Of a stretch of DNA of 64,000 nt, positions 10,177 to 20,127 are shown one piece after another. Source of the stretch: an uncultured Methanosarcinales archaeon (GTDB lineage Archaea; Nanobdellota; Nanobdellia; Woesearchaeales; CAZYIM01); the NCBI GenBank assembly GCA_964647565.1, contig CAZYIM010000008.1, forward strand, positions 12,045 through 76,044, written 5' to 3'. The position numbers and the translations under genes are program-made. The stretch's first letter is position 1, and each line of letters opens with the position of its first letter. The notes under the pieces were generated by a model, which saw only the letters and a program-made list of their open reading frames with translations, made no database searches and had not been told where the DNA came from.

Positions 10177-10596
10177 CTATGGCTGATTCTCAAATGGATT
10201 TGGGAATGCTTTCATGTCTGCTCTGCTTTCATACATCTTTCTGAGGTTGATCATGTCCTCTTGTTCAAATGGCATGAATGTGCCTGGTGCCAAGGCTTCG
10301 AAATCAGTTATATCTGGGCCAGGGTATTTTCCTGGGCTCTTGCTTAATAGAATTTTCTGGTTCAGCTTGACAGAGCTGCAAAGATCTTTCAATGATCTAT
10401 CTAATGTATCATATAGGACTGGACAGATTGCATCCAATGTGGCGTATTGTTCTGAGCCATTATCTTGGACATATCTGCCGATAAAGATGTGGCAGCCGTA
10501 ATCTTTGTATCATCTTGGGCTGAAATTGCCCTGGTCAAAAGGGGTGTGATTCAATTCATCTAAGGCTTGTTGTACTAACTCTTTTCCGCTTTTCAT
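10177..10596 (-). pseudogene. hypothetical gene interrupted by one in-frame TGA (codon 29)
   Basis: ATG at 10596, downstream of a TATA-like box, reads MKSGKELVQQ...FSPR*YKDYGCHIFIGRY... in frame with ORF 10177..10437. Confidence 0.55.
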
Positions 10597-10728
10597 TTGT
10601 TGGAAAAATCGTCATCCCTTTTTAAAGTTTTCGATGTTTTTATCACTATTTAGTAATTATAAAATTAGATGTTGTTTAAGCAAAAGGTTTTTATAATTAC
10701 CCAACTACCATAACCTGGGTGGTTTAAT

Positions 10729-12171
10729 ATGGTGAAATTGATAACTAATTTGAATGTACTTTCTCAGAGATATGCAACAGATCAGATGAATGGCATATTC
10801 CAGGAATATGAGAAGAACCTCTTGGAACGAGAGCTATGGCTTACAGTGATGAAATCACAAAAAGAGCTTGGCGTTGATATTCCTTCAGAGGACATCGAGA
10901 AGTATGAGAGATCCTTTGGGAGCTTGGATCTGAATCGAATAGCAGAAATAGAAGCCAAAAGGCGGCATGATATCAAGGCCAAGATTGAGCACTATGTTGA
11001 GGTGTCTGGAGCAGGTGAGCACATCCACAAGGGCATGACCAGCAGGGACCTGACTGATAATATAGAGCTGATCCAGAACAGGCAGGCTGCCAGGATCATC
11101 TTTGGAAAATATGTAGCAATCCTTGACAAGTTCATCAGGCGTGCAGACGAATACAAGCCTATTATTCTTACAGCCAGGACTCATCACCAGCCAGCCCAGC
11201 CTACTCTTCTTGGAAGACGGTTTTCAATGTGGGCTGAGGAATTGCTGTTGCATCTTCCAGAGTTCGAGACCTTTATTGAGAATATGCCTTTTAGAGGCAT
11301 AAAAGGTGCTGTGGGAAGCCAGTTTGATCAGGTCACTCTTTTAGGCGGCTATGACAAGGCGGAAAAACTTGACAGGATGGTAGCAGATCACTTTGGCTTC
11401 AAACGTCTGCTTGACTCTCCTGGCCAGGTCTATCCAAGATCGCTCGACTATAGCCTTGCAAACAAGCTTGCACAATTGACTTCTTCATGCGAGAACTTTG
11501 CAAAGGGTATGAGATTGATGTCTGGCTATGAGCTTGTTACAGAAGGTTTTAAAGACGGACAAGTGGGCTCGACAGCTATGCCGCACAAGATGAACACAAG
11601 AAGCTCTGAAAGGATATGCGGTTCTTCAGAGTTAGTCAAGATGTATGCTGATGGTGCTTCAAGGATTTCAGGTGACCAATGGGAAGAGGGTGATGTTTCA
11701 TGTTCCATAGTTAGGAGGGTTATTGATCCTGACATCTTCTATGCCTCAGAGGCTGTATGCGAGACCACTCTTACTGTGCTGAGGGAGATGGGTGCTTATC
11801 CAGTTGTTATTGACAAGGAGCTTGACAGGTATCTTCCTTTCCTTGCTACAACTGAGATATTGATGACAGCTGTAAAAAAGGGTATGGGCAGAGAAGAGGC
11901 TCACAAGATTATCAAGAAGTATGCAGTTGAAGAAGCATTGAAGATGAGGGAAGAAGGTGAAGATCCCTGGCTTGTCCAGAAACTTGCACTAGATCCCCTT
12001 TTCATGGAGTATGATATTCAAAAAACAGATCTTGAGAAGATCCTTCAGGACAAGCAGCATTTCATCGGTAATACTTACAGGCAGATGGACCGAGTCAAGG
12101 CAAAGGCAGTATCATTGATGCTGGACAGGCATGGAGATGTGGCTGTATACCAGGGAAAAGACATACTCTGA
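10729..12171 (+). CDS. purB: adenylosuccinate lyase
   Basis: RHDIKA, HKGMTSRD, ARTHHQPAQPT, GSTAMPHKMN signature. Confidence 0.95.
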   Translation: MVKLITNLNVLSQRYATDQMNGIFQEYEKNLLERELWLTVMKSQKELGVDIPSEDIEKYERSFGSLDLNRIAEIEAKRRHDIKAKIEHYVEVSGAGEHIHKGMTSRDLTDNIELIQNRQAARIIFGKYVAILDKFIRRADEYKPIILTARTHHQPAQPTLLGRRFSMWAEELLLHLPEFETFIENMPFRGIKGAVGSQFDQVTLLGGYDKAEKLDRMVADHFGFKRLLDSPGQVYPRSLDYSLANKLAQLTSSCENFAKGMRLMSGYELVTEGFKDGQVGSTAMPHKMNTRSSERICGSSELVKMYADGASRISGDQWEEGDVSCSIVRRVIDPDIFYASEAVCETTLTVLREMGAYPVVIDKELDRYLPFLATTEILMTAVKKGMGREEAHKIIKKYAVEEALKMREEGEDPWLVQKLALDPLFMEYDIQKTDLEKILQDKQHFIGNTYRQMDRVKAKAVSLMLDRHGDVAVYQGKDIL

Positions 12172-12212
12172 TAGGAAAGTATTATAAAAAATAGCAGATT
12201 ACCTAAATTAAA

Positions 12213-12779
12213 ATGATGCCTGAATACATAGCTTCAAGTGTAACTGGTCTGGGATTATTACTATATTCTGCATGGCATGCAAAGGAAATAACCAATCGTA
12301 AACTCCAGTCTCTGGAGTATGCTTTAAGTGATGATACTTTAGATATTGCTGATAGGTTTTTACCCCGCAGTGTTCTCAAGAAAAAAACAAGAGTAGGTCC
12401 AAGAACTTCACAAGGTATATTGGAGTATGAAAATCTTGAAGCTGCACTTAAATCATCTGCACGTTATCTGCTAGGTTACAGGAAATTGAGAAAACATTTC
12501 AATATCTCTGATAGGAAAGACGACACTAAAAAAAGTCTGAAGGGGGTATTGGCAAACGATTCTAATCAATGGTCTGGATTCATGACTTTAGTCATGATGG
12601 GCGCTAGCAAACTACAAAATTCTGATTCATTAAAGATTCTCGGTTATGGCGCGGGTACAGCTTTGGTCACCAAGATTGGCACTAAGATTGGTGAATACAG
12701 GGCGGTATCAAAATACATAAAACAAGCCAAAAAAGTTGAAGCTTTAATAAAAGAACGTCGAACCCAAAGGAGTAACTAG
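12213..12779 (+). CDS. hypothetical (possibly membrane-associated) protein
   Basis: 188-aa ORF after a TATA box; hydrophobic segments. Confidence 0.6.
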   Translation: MMPEYIASSVTGLGLLLYSAWHAKEITNRKLQSLEYALSDDTLDIADRFLPRSVLKKKTRVGPRTSQGILEYENLEAALKSSARYLLGYRKLRKHFNISDRKDDTKKSLKGVLANDSNQWSGFMTLVMMGASKLQNSDSLKILGYGAGTALVTKIGTKIGEYRAVSKYIKQAKKVEALIKERRTQRSN

Positions 12780-14149
12780 ATTTTCTTAACAGTTCCTTTT
12801 TTTGAATCTATCTGGATTGTATCTCCCTCTTTGATTACCTTTGTGGCGATCCTGGTGCCGACAATGCAGGGCTTTTTCATCTCTCTTGCAAGAACAGACG
12901 CGTGGCATACTAGGCCGCCTTCATCAGTTACCCAGCCCACTGCTTTTTCCATGGCAATAACAAAATTGGGCGAGGTCATTGAACAGACTATTATATCGCC
13001 TTTTTGGACCTTTTTTAGGTCTGCATCCTCATTGATTATGACTGCCTGTCCTTTTACAACACCTTCAAAGACACCCTTACCTTTAATTTCAGAAATCTCT
13101 TTATCAACTGCTGTAAGCGTTTCTGACCATTTCTGAAACTGTTTGAACTCTTTTCCAAGCAATAGAATGGGTTTGACACCAGTTCTGACATAGCCATATC
13201 CTTTTTTCTTCAGTTCTAAGTGTTGTTTATCAATCTTTTTTAAGGCTATGATCTCCTGGCTTGTAAGATATTTCATATCCTTTAGCTTGATGCCAAGATC
13301 TACCTCTGCTCTTTTTAGGATCTGGTTGAAGATGAAACAGGCTTTATAGATGGTCTCCACACTCCAGTTTAGCAGGTAGCCATAATCTTGTGCAAGTTTT
13401 ATTCTCTCTTTTGACTCATCATCTAACTGGTTGATTAATTGCTCTGTTGTTTTTCTTTCATGCTCTTCCTCTTTCTTTTTAGTTTCTAACAATTCTTCGG
13501 GATCTTCAATTTCAGATATTTTTTCTTGAAAATAATCAATTGGCAACTCATCTTCCATGTTGAAGAACTTTTGAGACAGCCAGGAGAATTTCTTATGATG
13601 TTCTCTAAGCAGCATCTGAAAATTCGGTTGGTTCTTTTTGGTTGCCAGCTTTAGCAGTTCAAATCTTTCCTGTTGAATATAATCTTTTCTAAGATTGAAA
13701 AGAAGGATTTTCTCTATCTTTTTTTCATCATAATCTACCCCTTCGAATATCAGATTATATTCTGTGACATACCAGGGAAGCCAGAAAAAAGAGACTGCAT
13801 TATAGAATTCCTCGAAGCATAATAAAATGGCTTCAAGGAGATCAGGATTTCTTATATTTTTCTGCACTGTGTCTAAAAGCAGATTGCATTGTCTTATAGT
13901 TTTATCATAGAGCTTCTTATAGAAATCAAAACCTTTCTTTCTTAGGCATTCTACGATAAGTTCATCCTGGTCTTTTGGAACAATGACTGATCCGACAATG
14001 ATCATTTCATAAGGGCCTTTGAAATCTGACTCAATTGCTTCTGAGAAATATTTCTTTCTTCCAATCAAAGAGACATCAGCACCTAGAAGAGAAATCTCTC
14101 TCTTATAGGAACGTTTCCAAGAGTCTGGATTTGGTAGCTTAATCCCCAT
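12776..14149 (-). CDS. PEP-utilising enzyme mobile (phospho-His) domain protein
   Basis: C-terminal GDIIVCSMTSP...VTDEGGLVCHASVLAREMKKPCIVGT; helical N-terminal region. Confidence 0.88.
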   Translation of the reverse strand: MGIKLPNPDSWKRSYKREISLLGADVSLIGRKKYFSEAIESDFKGPYEMIIVGSVIVPKDQDELIVECLRKKGFDFYKKLYDKTIRQCNLLLDTVQKNIRNPDLLEAILLCFEEFYNAVSFFWLPWYVTEYNLIFEGVDYDEKKIEKILLFNLRKDYIQQERFELLKLATKKNQPNFQMLLREHHKKFSWLSQKFFNMEDELPIDYFQEKISEIEDPEELLETKKKEEEHERKTTEQLINQLDDESKERIKLAQDYGYLLNWSVETIYKACFIFNQILKRAEVDLGIKLKDMKYLTSQEIIALKKIDKQHLELKKKGYGYVRTGVKPILLLGKEFKQFQKWSETLTAVDKEISEIKGKGVFEGVVKGQAVIINEDADLKKVQKGDIIVCSMTSPNFVIAMEKAVGWVTDEGGLVCHASVLAREMKKPCIVGTRIATKVIKEGDTIQIDSKKGTVKKI

Positions 14150-14173
14150 AGTGTGGATTATCCTTCGCTCTAT

Positions 14174-15166
14174 TTAAACTTTTATATTATGCTTCTTGTA
14201 GCCTTTCTTCTTTAGGAATTTGAAGAAGTCCTTTTCTGTAAAGAAGAACTTGTTTATCATGTGTTTCTCAAATGGTCCGTAGAAGCGGTCTGGGCATATC
14301 ATCCAGACATCTTTTGTGGTCTGGAATGCATGAGTCAGTTCAGTCAAGACGCCTGCTGAGAAAACAAGGGTTGGCAGGAAATAGACAATTATCTTCCTTG
14401 ATTTGCCTGTAAACCATTTCAAATCTCTCTGAACTGTCTGGGCTGCCTGTGCATCGTTGAAAGTTTTAGACAACTCTATACTTCTCGGATTTAGTACAGC
14501 GAAATATTTGTTAAGCTCTACAATGAAATCATCAATTTTCTTTGCATCTGCTTTACTCTTGATATTGCTCATAGGGAAGCTTGCATATACCAGCTCTATC
14601 TTGGGTTTGAACATTAGCTTGAAGAGCAGATCTCTGGATTCAGATCTTGGCAGAATAAAGTGGGGTTTACCCATCAGTTCTGACATGCCTTTGGTCACAC
14701 TGACTTCGACATCCTGCCACGAAAGGATCTGATGCTTATGTACTTTTTGGTCTGCCCATTGTTCAGATGCAGCCATCTTTCTTTGTATCCTTTCTGAATT
14801 ATCGATAAGAGTAATAAACATGTCTGGTTTGATGTCTTTAAGGTATTTCCAATTGAATGCATTTGAGAAGTTTTGCTTCCACCAGAACGTAACGTGGCCT
14901 GCAACGATTACATGTTCATGCTTTTTCATCTCTTCTTTGAGGTCTTTTATGATGTTTCTCATCACAACTGCCCTGAATGAAGGGTCTATGTTCAGGACAT
15001 TTTTTTTCACAAAAGTAACTCCGAGGTCAGACTCGAGTTGCTTCATCAGCAGGTCTCCGAGAGATATATATTTTATGTTTATGCCGTTTTTCTTGGCAAC
15101 CCTGATGGTTTCCTGGATAAATCCTTTTTTGTCAGCTTCTGATATTGCGGTTAAAAATATTTTCAT
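14174..15166 (-). CDS. archaeal adenylate-kinase-like domain fused to nucleoside-deoxyribosyltransferase-like domain
   Basis: N-terminal IFLTAISEADK (degenerate P-loop), VIVAGH, PDMFITLID; C-terminal VYASFPMS...RDL...SAGVLTELTHA. Confidence 0.6.
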   Translation of the reverse strand: MKIFLTAISEADKKGFIQETIRVAKKNGINIKYISLGDLLMKQLESDLGVTFVKKNVLNIDPSFRAVVMRNIIKDLKEEMKKHEHVIVAGHVTFWWKQNFSNAFNWKYLKDIKPDMFITLIDNSERIQRKMAASEQWADQKVHKHQILSWQDVEVSVTKGMSELMGKPHFILPRSESRDLLFKLMFKPKIELVYASFPMSNIKSKADAKKIDDFIVELNKYFAVLNPRSIELSKTFNDAQAAQTVQRDLKWFTGKSRKIIVYFLPTLVFSAGVLTELTHAFQTTKDVWMICPDRFYGPFEKHMINKFFFTEKDFFKFLKKKGYKKHNIKV

Positions 15167-15315
15167 TGATTATCACCTGTAGACGAGAATCTTATCAGTT
15201 TTAAAAAAGTTTCTATAATATTGTATTTTTACTACTATCGAATGGTTATAAATCGAAATCTTTATAAAGGAGAAATTCTTTTTCAATAAAATTAGTTATG
15301 AAGGAGGTAGATATT

Positions 15316-15690
15316 ATGAATCAACTTGAAAAAAACCTTGTAGCATCATTTAATCTGGTCAGAGAGGATGTTATTAACTTAAAAAGCGAGATGGCTGCTC
15401 TTAAGCAGACCAACCAGCATCTGAATGAAGTTCTTAGAGACACAAGGCGGCAAGAAAAACAACTCTATCAAAGAGTCAAGACCTTGAGCCAGAAAAAAAC
15501 TTCTAAAGTTGTCAAGAAAGTGTTGGTTACAGCTCAAAAAACTTTTGTGGCTTCAAAGACAGGTAAGAAAGTCCATAATTCCAGCTGCCCCTTTGCAAAG
15601 AACATCAAGCCCAAAAAGAAGATGGTCTTCAAGTCAAAGGCAAAAGCACTGAATAAAGGATTCAAGTCTTGTGAATGCCTGAAGAGATAA
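15316..15690 (+). CDS. coiled-coil protein with C-terminal Ada-like metal-binding domain
   Basis: AGGAGGT RBS; FVASKTGKKVH..SC...I......F.S...A...G.K.C.C. Confidence 0.7.
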   Translation: MNQLEKNLVASFNLVREDVINLKSEMAALKQTNQHLNEVLRDTRRQEKQLYQRVKTLSQKKTSKVVKKVLVTAQKTFVASKTGKKVHNSSCPFAKNIKPKKKMVFKSKAKALNKGFKSCECLKR

Positions 15691-15715
15691 TTTCTTTTAT
15701 TTTTAATATTCCTGA

Positions 15716-16759
15716 TTGAGAATGAGCAGATTCCCCTCTTTCAAAGAAATAACAGCTGTTCTTAAAGCTGACAAGAAGCATCTATTGCCGACACTTTTTA
15801 TCTCGATTCCAAGTTGGTTGAATAGGATTAATAATTGTGAACGTCAGGTTCTATCATTACATAAGCATTTCTCCAGCAATGAAGGTATGAACACATTGAT
15901 GTGGATGTTTATCCAGACTGAAACTGCTTATCTTACAGAAACCCTTGGAATATTTGATGTTGAGGAGAACGATTACAGGAGCCTAGCTGCTCCAAAAGAA
16001 AATCAAGAACTCTATAAAAATGTGGGTCTACGTGATACAGCTGCTATTGATGGATTAATATCGGAATTATCAGAACAATTAAAAGTACTGCATCAAATGG
16101 ATGCAACTCAACACTGTGAAATTAATCAGAAGTTTATGGATGATCTGATTCATTACAGGGATGGGGGTGGCGATCACGACAACATTTTATTTGATCTGAA
16201 AAAATATCTTGTTTCGCACACTCATTACCCCGACAACATAAACCACTCAAAAGAGATTGTGCTGCATGTCCATAAATTGAATGACAAGAGTGATGAAGGT
16301 AATTATTCTGAGCCAGATAGGTCAACCAGCTATTTTAGGGCGTTGGGTCTTGTATCTTATTTTCATGAATTAAATGGCGAGGGTGACAGACACGTCATGA
16401 ATATTGATTTTTATGTCAGGCATAGGATCTGGACAAAAGAATATAGTTTTGGTCCGATCAAGGTTACTCTTGATGAAAAAGAGAACAAGATGACATATAC
16501 TCTGGCAGATGATAGTCAAGCAACAAGTAGTGTAACGCCGATGGAACTTTCAAAAAAGGATGTAAGCTTCTTTCTTTCCATCTCTCCTGACGTGCTTCCA
16601 TTCATCTGTTACGATCCGAGCAAGGATCTCGAATCAGATATGCAAAATCCCGGTATCTTAGAAGGTATTGAGAACCTCTCGTCTGTTGCCAGAGAATTTG
16701 TGCCTAAGGTCTGGGGAACAAAATGTTCATATCTTAAGAATATGGACGGAATTCTCTAA
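15716..16759 (+). CDS. hypothetical protein
   Basis: 347-aa ORF, no recognised motif. Confidence 0.65.
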   Translation: MRMSRFPSFKEITAVLKADKKHLLPTLFISIPSWLNRINNCERQVLSLHKHFSSNEGMNTLMWMFIQTETAYLTETLGIFDVEENDYRSLAAPKENQELYKNVGLRDTAAIDGLISELSEQLKVLHQMDATQHCEINQKFMDDLIHYRDGGGDHDNILFDLKKYLVSHTHYPDNINHSKEIVLHVHKLNDKSDEGNYSEPDRSTSYFRALGLVSYFHELNGEGDRHVMNIDFYVRHRIWTKEYSFGPIKVTLDEKENKMTYTLADDSQATSSVTPMELSKKDVSFFLSISPDVLPFICYDPSKDLESDMQNPGILEGIENLSSVAREFVPKVWGTKCSYLKNMDGIL

Positions 16760-17187
16760 TAATAGCTTTTATTGGGAGGATTCTTTAGCACTTCTTCCAT
16801 TATCTCCCATTTGCCGTTTAATACAACTGGCTTCATAGCTGCAATCTCATCCTTATAATGGATGTCTGGGACGGGATTCATGATGAAGATTGGCAGTTCA
16901 GCATCAAAGGCCTTGCCCATCTCTAGAAACGTGTTGCCCCCGATATAGTTCTTTTTCTCTTCCTTATCATAGTTCAAAACAAGAATTGCATCAGACATCT
17001 CTATCTTTTGAAAATGGACTTTCATAAGGTCGCCCTTGAAATCCTCTTTCTCTTTTTTCAGCTTGAACTCGTCATCCACATCCTCAATAGTGGGAATATA
17101 GACCTCGTGGCCTCTCTCTTTAAGGATATTCTTGATCTCAATGATTTTGTCAAGGAAGGCATAGCTTGCGCATATGGTTATAATCAT
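16756..17187 (-). CDS. nucleoside 2-deoxyribosyltransferase-like protein
   Basis: IITICAS...KIEMSDAILVLN...YIGGNTFLEMGKA. Confidence 0.7.
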   Translation of the reverse strand: MIITICASYAFLDKIIEIKNILKERGHEVYIPTIEDVDDEFKLKKEKEDFKGDLMKVHFQKIEMSDAILVLNYDKEEKKNYIGGNTFLEMGKAFDAELPIFIMNPVPDIHYKDEIAAMKPVVLNGKWEIMEEVLKNPPNKSYY

Positions 17188-17241
17188 AAGAACATGTAAT
17201 CAACTGAATTATTTAAAGATTACTGAAAGCTTAAATATGAG

Positions 17242-17841
17242 TTGATATTCCCCTTGTCTATGCAGGAAGAAGACAGGAAAATACTGGAAGAATTGAATCA
17301 TCAGCCATATCATTTTAAAAATGAAACTTTTATAAGATTGGCTGACATAGGGGTATTTAGCTCGTATGCTGATACTGTTGTTGGAGGTAAGGGGAGTATT
17401 ATTCTTGTTGGAGATATGAATTCAGGAAAATCCGCTATAGGTGATTTGTTTGTTGTGGATGGATGGTTTTCAACCCACATTCAAGACTCACAAACATTAT
17501 ACTATCATAATAAAGGTCTTTTTGCAGTGAGAAGAAAAGGTGATAATAGAGTGCATTATGACTTTGATGGCTTGTTAAAAGATCCCATGGATATTTATAG
17601 AACGATTGCCATATTCTATATGCAAAAGAAATTGCAGGGTAATAAGATTGAAGAAGCCAATCCTCTGTCAATCCTGGACATGATGTTTTTTTCAGGTCCG
17701 GGAAGAGAAAAGACTCCTGAACTGGATGGGCTTGTCTATCCTCTCCTAAAAGACATTCCTGCTTTTGCAGTAGACAGATTTGAATCTCCTATGTTGAAAT
17801 ATCAGGCTATCCAAGATGTAGTCAAGGATCTTATCTACTAG
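17242..17841 (+). CDS. P-loop protein (HPr-kinase-like)
   Basis: GSIILVGDMNSGKS Walker A. Confidence 0.55.
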   Translation: MIFPLSMQEEDRKILEELNHQPYHFKNETFIRLADIGVFSSYADTVVGGKGSIILVGDMNSGKSAIGDLFVVDGWFSTHIQDSQTLYYHNKGLFAVRRKGDNRVHYDFDGLLKDPMDIYRTIAIFYMQKKLQGNKIEEANPLSILDMMFFSGPGREKTPELDGLVYPLLKDIPAFAVDRFESPMLKYQAIQDVVKDLIY

Positions 17842-17870
17842 TGTCTTTGGGTTATTAGATTAAATGTTAT

Positions 17871-18887
17871 TTATGCCTTAGAAAGTGTTCTTATAATATC
17901 TGATCCTGTATGTGGAATAATACCTTTCTCGAATTTCTTTGGTTCTTTTAGATATTTGGTAAGGGCATATGCTGAGAAAATATAACGATTATCAAGTTTT
18001 TTTATGTTGTTAGGAATATGCAGCTCATATTCCAGCTCTTTGGTAAACTCATATAGTGTTTCTGTGTCGCCTCTATGCAGCACAAAGCCTGAACACGAAA
18101 CAAGTTGAGATAGGAATGGGCTATATTTTGTTTCAAAGAGGTCACCTTTTTCTGGAACCCAGATTTCTTCTATGAGTTTCTCAACTTCTGTTTTCCATTT
18201 CTTATTGGGCAGTTCTGAGAGATTTGAATAGTTAGGATATAGGCCTCTGAATCTTGCATAGTGTGATTCTGCTGTTAAGGGAGTTTCCAATTCAAAGTTT
18301 CTTTCGCTGTTCAGGTTTCCTATTTGTGTGAACTCCTCATTCTTGGCAGCTACGAGCTCAATCTTTTTTATTTCATCAGGAAACAAGTAAAGATTCTCTG
18401 GGCGGTGTCCACCATATCCTGCATCGATTGTAAGGAATGTGAGCAAGCCTTGGGCATAATCAGTTTTTTGAAATTCAACCAGCCTTTCTTCAAAAGGAGA
18501 TTTGGTATTGTCATATGGCAGGTGTTTTATGAATTTGAAATCAACTGTTTCTGGAAGCTTTTCTTTTCCAAGAACTGTCTGCAGGAACTTTCTGAGCTTG
18601 TCCCTTTGTGGGGATTGCTGTAACCTTCCTGAATCTGGCCGGTCTATTTTTATAGAGGTTTTAACCTGGACAGCTGTGGCATCAGCCGCATAATCTAATA
18701 TTGCACTATAGATGATCTGGTTCATGCTTGTTGCAATCGATGCTGCTGCCACACCAATGAATTCAGAAATATCTTGTGATAATGATTGGTCATTTAGTCT
18801 TTCGAGATCTGGTGCAAGTTTAAAGGCTCGCAGCATCTGACTCAGTCGAACATTAGCAACTCGTGGATTATTAGGTAGGTAGTACAT
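17871..18887 (-). CDS. hypothetical protein
   Basis: 338-aa ORF after a TATA box. Confidence 0.65.
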   Translation of the reverse strand: MYYLPNNPRVANVRLSQMLRAFKLAPDLERLNDQSLSQDISEFIGVAAASIATSMNQIIYSAILDYAADATAVQVKTSIKIDRPDSGRLQQSPQRDKLRKFLQTVLGKEKLPETVDFKFIKHLPYDNTKSPFEERLVEFQKTDYAQGLLTFLTIDAGYGGHRPENLYLFPDEIKKIELVAAKNEEFTQIGNLNSERNFELETPLTAESHYARFRGLYPNYSNLSELPNKKWKTEVEKLIEEIWVPEKGDLFETKYSPFLSQLVSCSGFVLHRGDTETLYEFTKELEYELHIPNNIKKLDNRYIFSAYALTKYLKEPKKFEKGIIPHTGSDIIRTLSKA

Positions 18888-18979
18888 TTTCTAGAGAATA
18901 ATGCAGGATATTTTATAAATTTGTTGTTTGTTCACTACTTTTAAATGGTATTTGGCGGGGTGTTGGAAGCATTAAGTGT

Positions 18980-19038
18980 TTATTCCCCTTCAAAATCTAT
19001 CATGTGGAAGACTTTGTGGCGTCCTGAATTTTTTTTCT
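18980..19038 (-). pseudogene. displaced relic of an apt 3' end
   Basis: Minus strand encodes ...HKVFHMIDFEGE*, matching the apt C-terminus KVHSMIQFEGD*. Confidence 0.75.
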
Positions 19039-19152
19039 CAATTTATTCATTTAATTGTCATAACTCTAAAATTTATTCGGTTTTTCCGAAACACTGGACA
19101 TGTACACGTAAGACTTTAATATTCTCTATTTTATTATTTTTATCAATTTTTC

Positions 19153-20127
19153 TTGCATTTGAAATCCAAGAAGTTAATTGATGATTTCAAAATGAAAAAA
19201 GATAAAAATCATATCAAAATGAGAAATAAAGTTGAACTTCTTTTAGATTTAGGTTTTTCAATTGAAGATATAGCTGCCAAACTTCATTTATTAATTGGAA
19301 CTCGCTTTATTAGAAAATCAGTAAAATGGTATAAATACTGCATCATGGCAAAGAAAAACCAAAAGATGGCTATTTCCAAACATCCTGGCCTTTACAGCAA
19401 GGCAGGTAAAATCGCACAACAAAAACATCCCTGGTTGGGGAGAGAATTGGGAAAGAAATATGGGCCGATCCAAGGAAAGAAAAATGCCGAAAGACTTCGA
19501 GGGAATTCTAAATATTTTTCAAAAATAGCCAGAAGATTACATGAAATTAATCCTGAACACTCTAGAAGAAATATGAAAAAAGCTCACAATACTATGAAAC
19601 GTGAAGGGACCTTCTACAAACATCAATTTAATGCATCCCTGAAATGCATGGAAAAACATCCTAATCAACTTAAAGAAATGTCAAGAAAAGCCCACGCTTT
19701 ATACCCTCTTGCCCAATTGGCAAGAGAAAGTAGAAGAAGGCATTACCCTTATAGATTTATGGATTGTTTTTTTGATTCATTCAATGAAATGAAATTATGT
19801 ATGTTGTTAGTTGAAAACGGATTGATGGAAAAACCGATAGAAGGGAAAAACGTGCATTTTCATTTATATAATCATCATATTGATTTCTTTGTTAAAAAAA
19901 CGGTCTTTATTGAATATCATCCTCCAATACAGTATGGTGGTAAAAACGAGACTCTAAAAAGTTATTATAAAGAACGCAGGAAACTTTTAGATAGTCGCGG
20001 ATATAAAGAATATCCCTTAATTGTATTTGACAGATTGAATCGTACCGAAAGTAAAATAAATAAAATAAAAAAACTAATCGCCCTCAAATTGAATCATAGA
20101 ATGAACTTTCAATCCTTGCTTTTCTAA
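19153..20127 (+). CDS. putative free-standing (homing-type) endonuclease, C-terminal PD-(D/E)xK/DUF559-like domain
   Basis: Basic repeated helices (KHP..., NUMOD-like); C-terminal FDSFNE...HIDFFV...FIEYH; AT-rich; overlaps apt 3' end convergently; start may be ATG at 19192. Confidence 0.7.
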   Translation: MHLKSKKLIDDFKMKKDKNHIKMRNKVELLLDLGFSIEDIAAKLHLLIGTRFIRKSVKWYKYCIMAKKNQKMAISKHPGLYSKAGKIAQQKHPWLGRELGKKYGPIQGKKNAERLRGNSKYFSKIARRLHEINPEHSRRNMKKAHNTMKREGTFYKHQFNASLKCMEKHPNQLKEMSRKAHALYPLAQLARESRRRHYPYRFMDCFFDSFNEMKLCMLLVENGLMEKPIEGKNVHFHLYNHHIDFFVKKTVFIEYHPPIQYGGKNETLKSYYKERRKLLDSRGYKEYPLIVFDRLNRTESKINKIKKLIALKLNHRMNFQSLLF

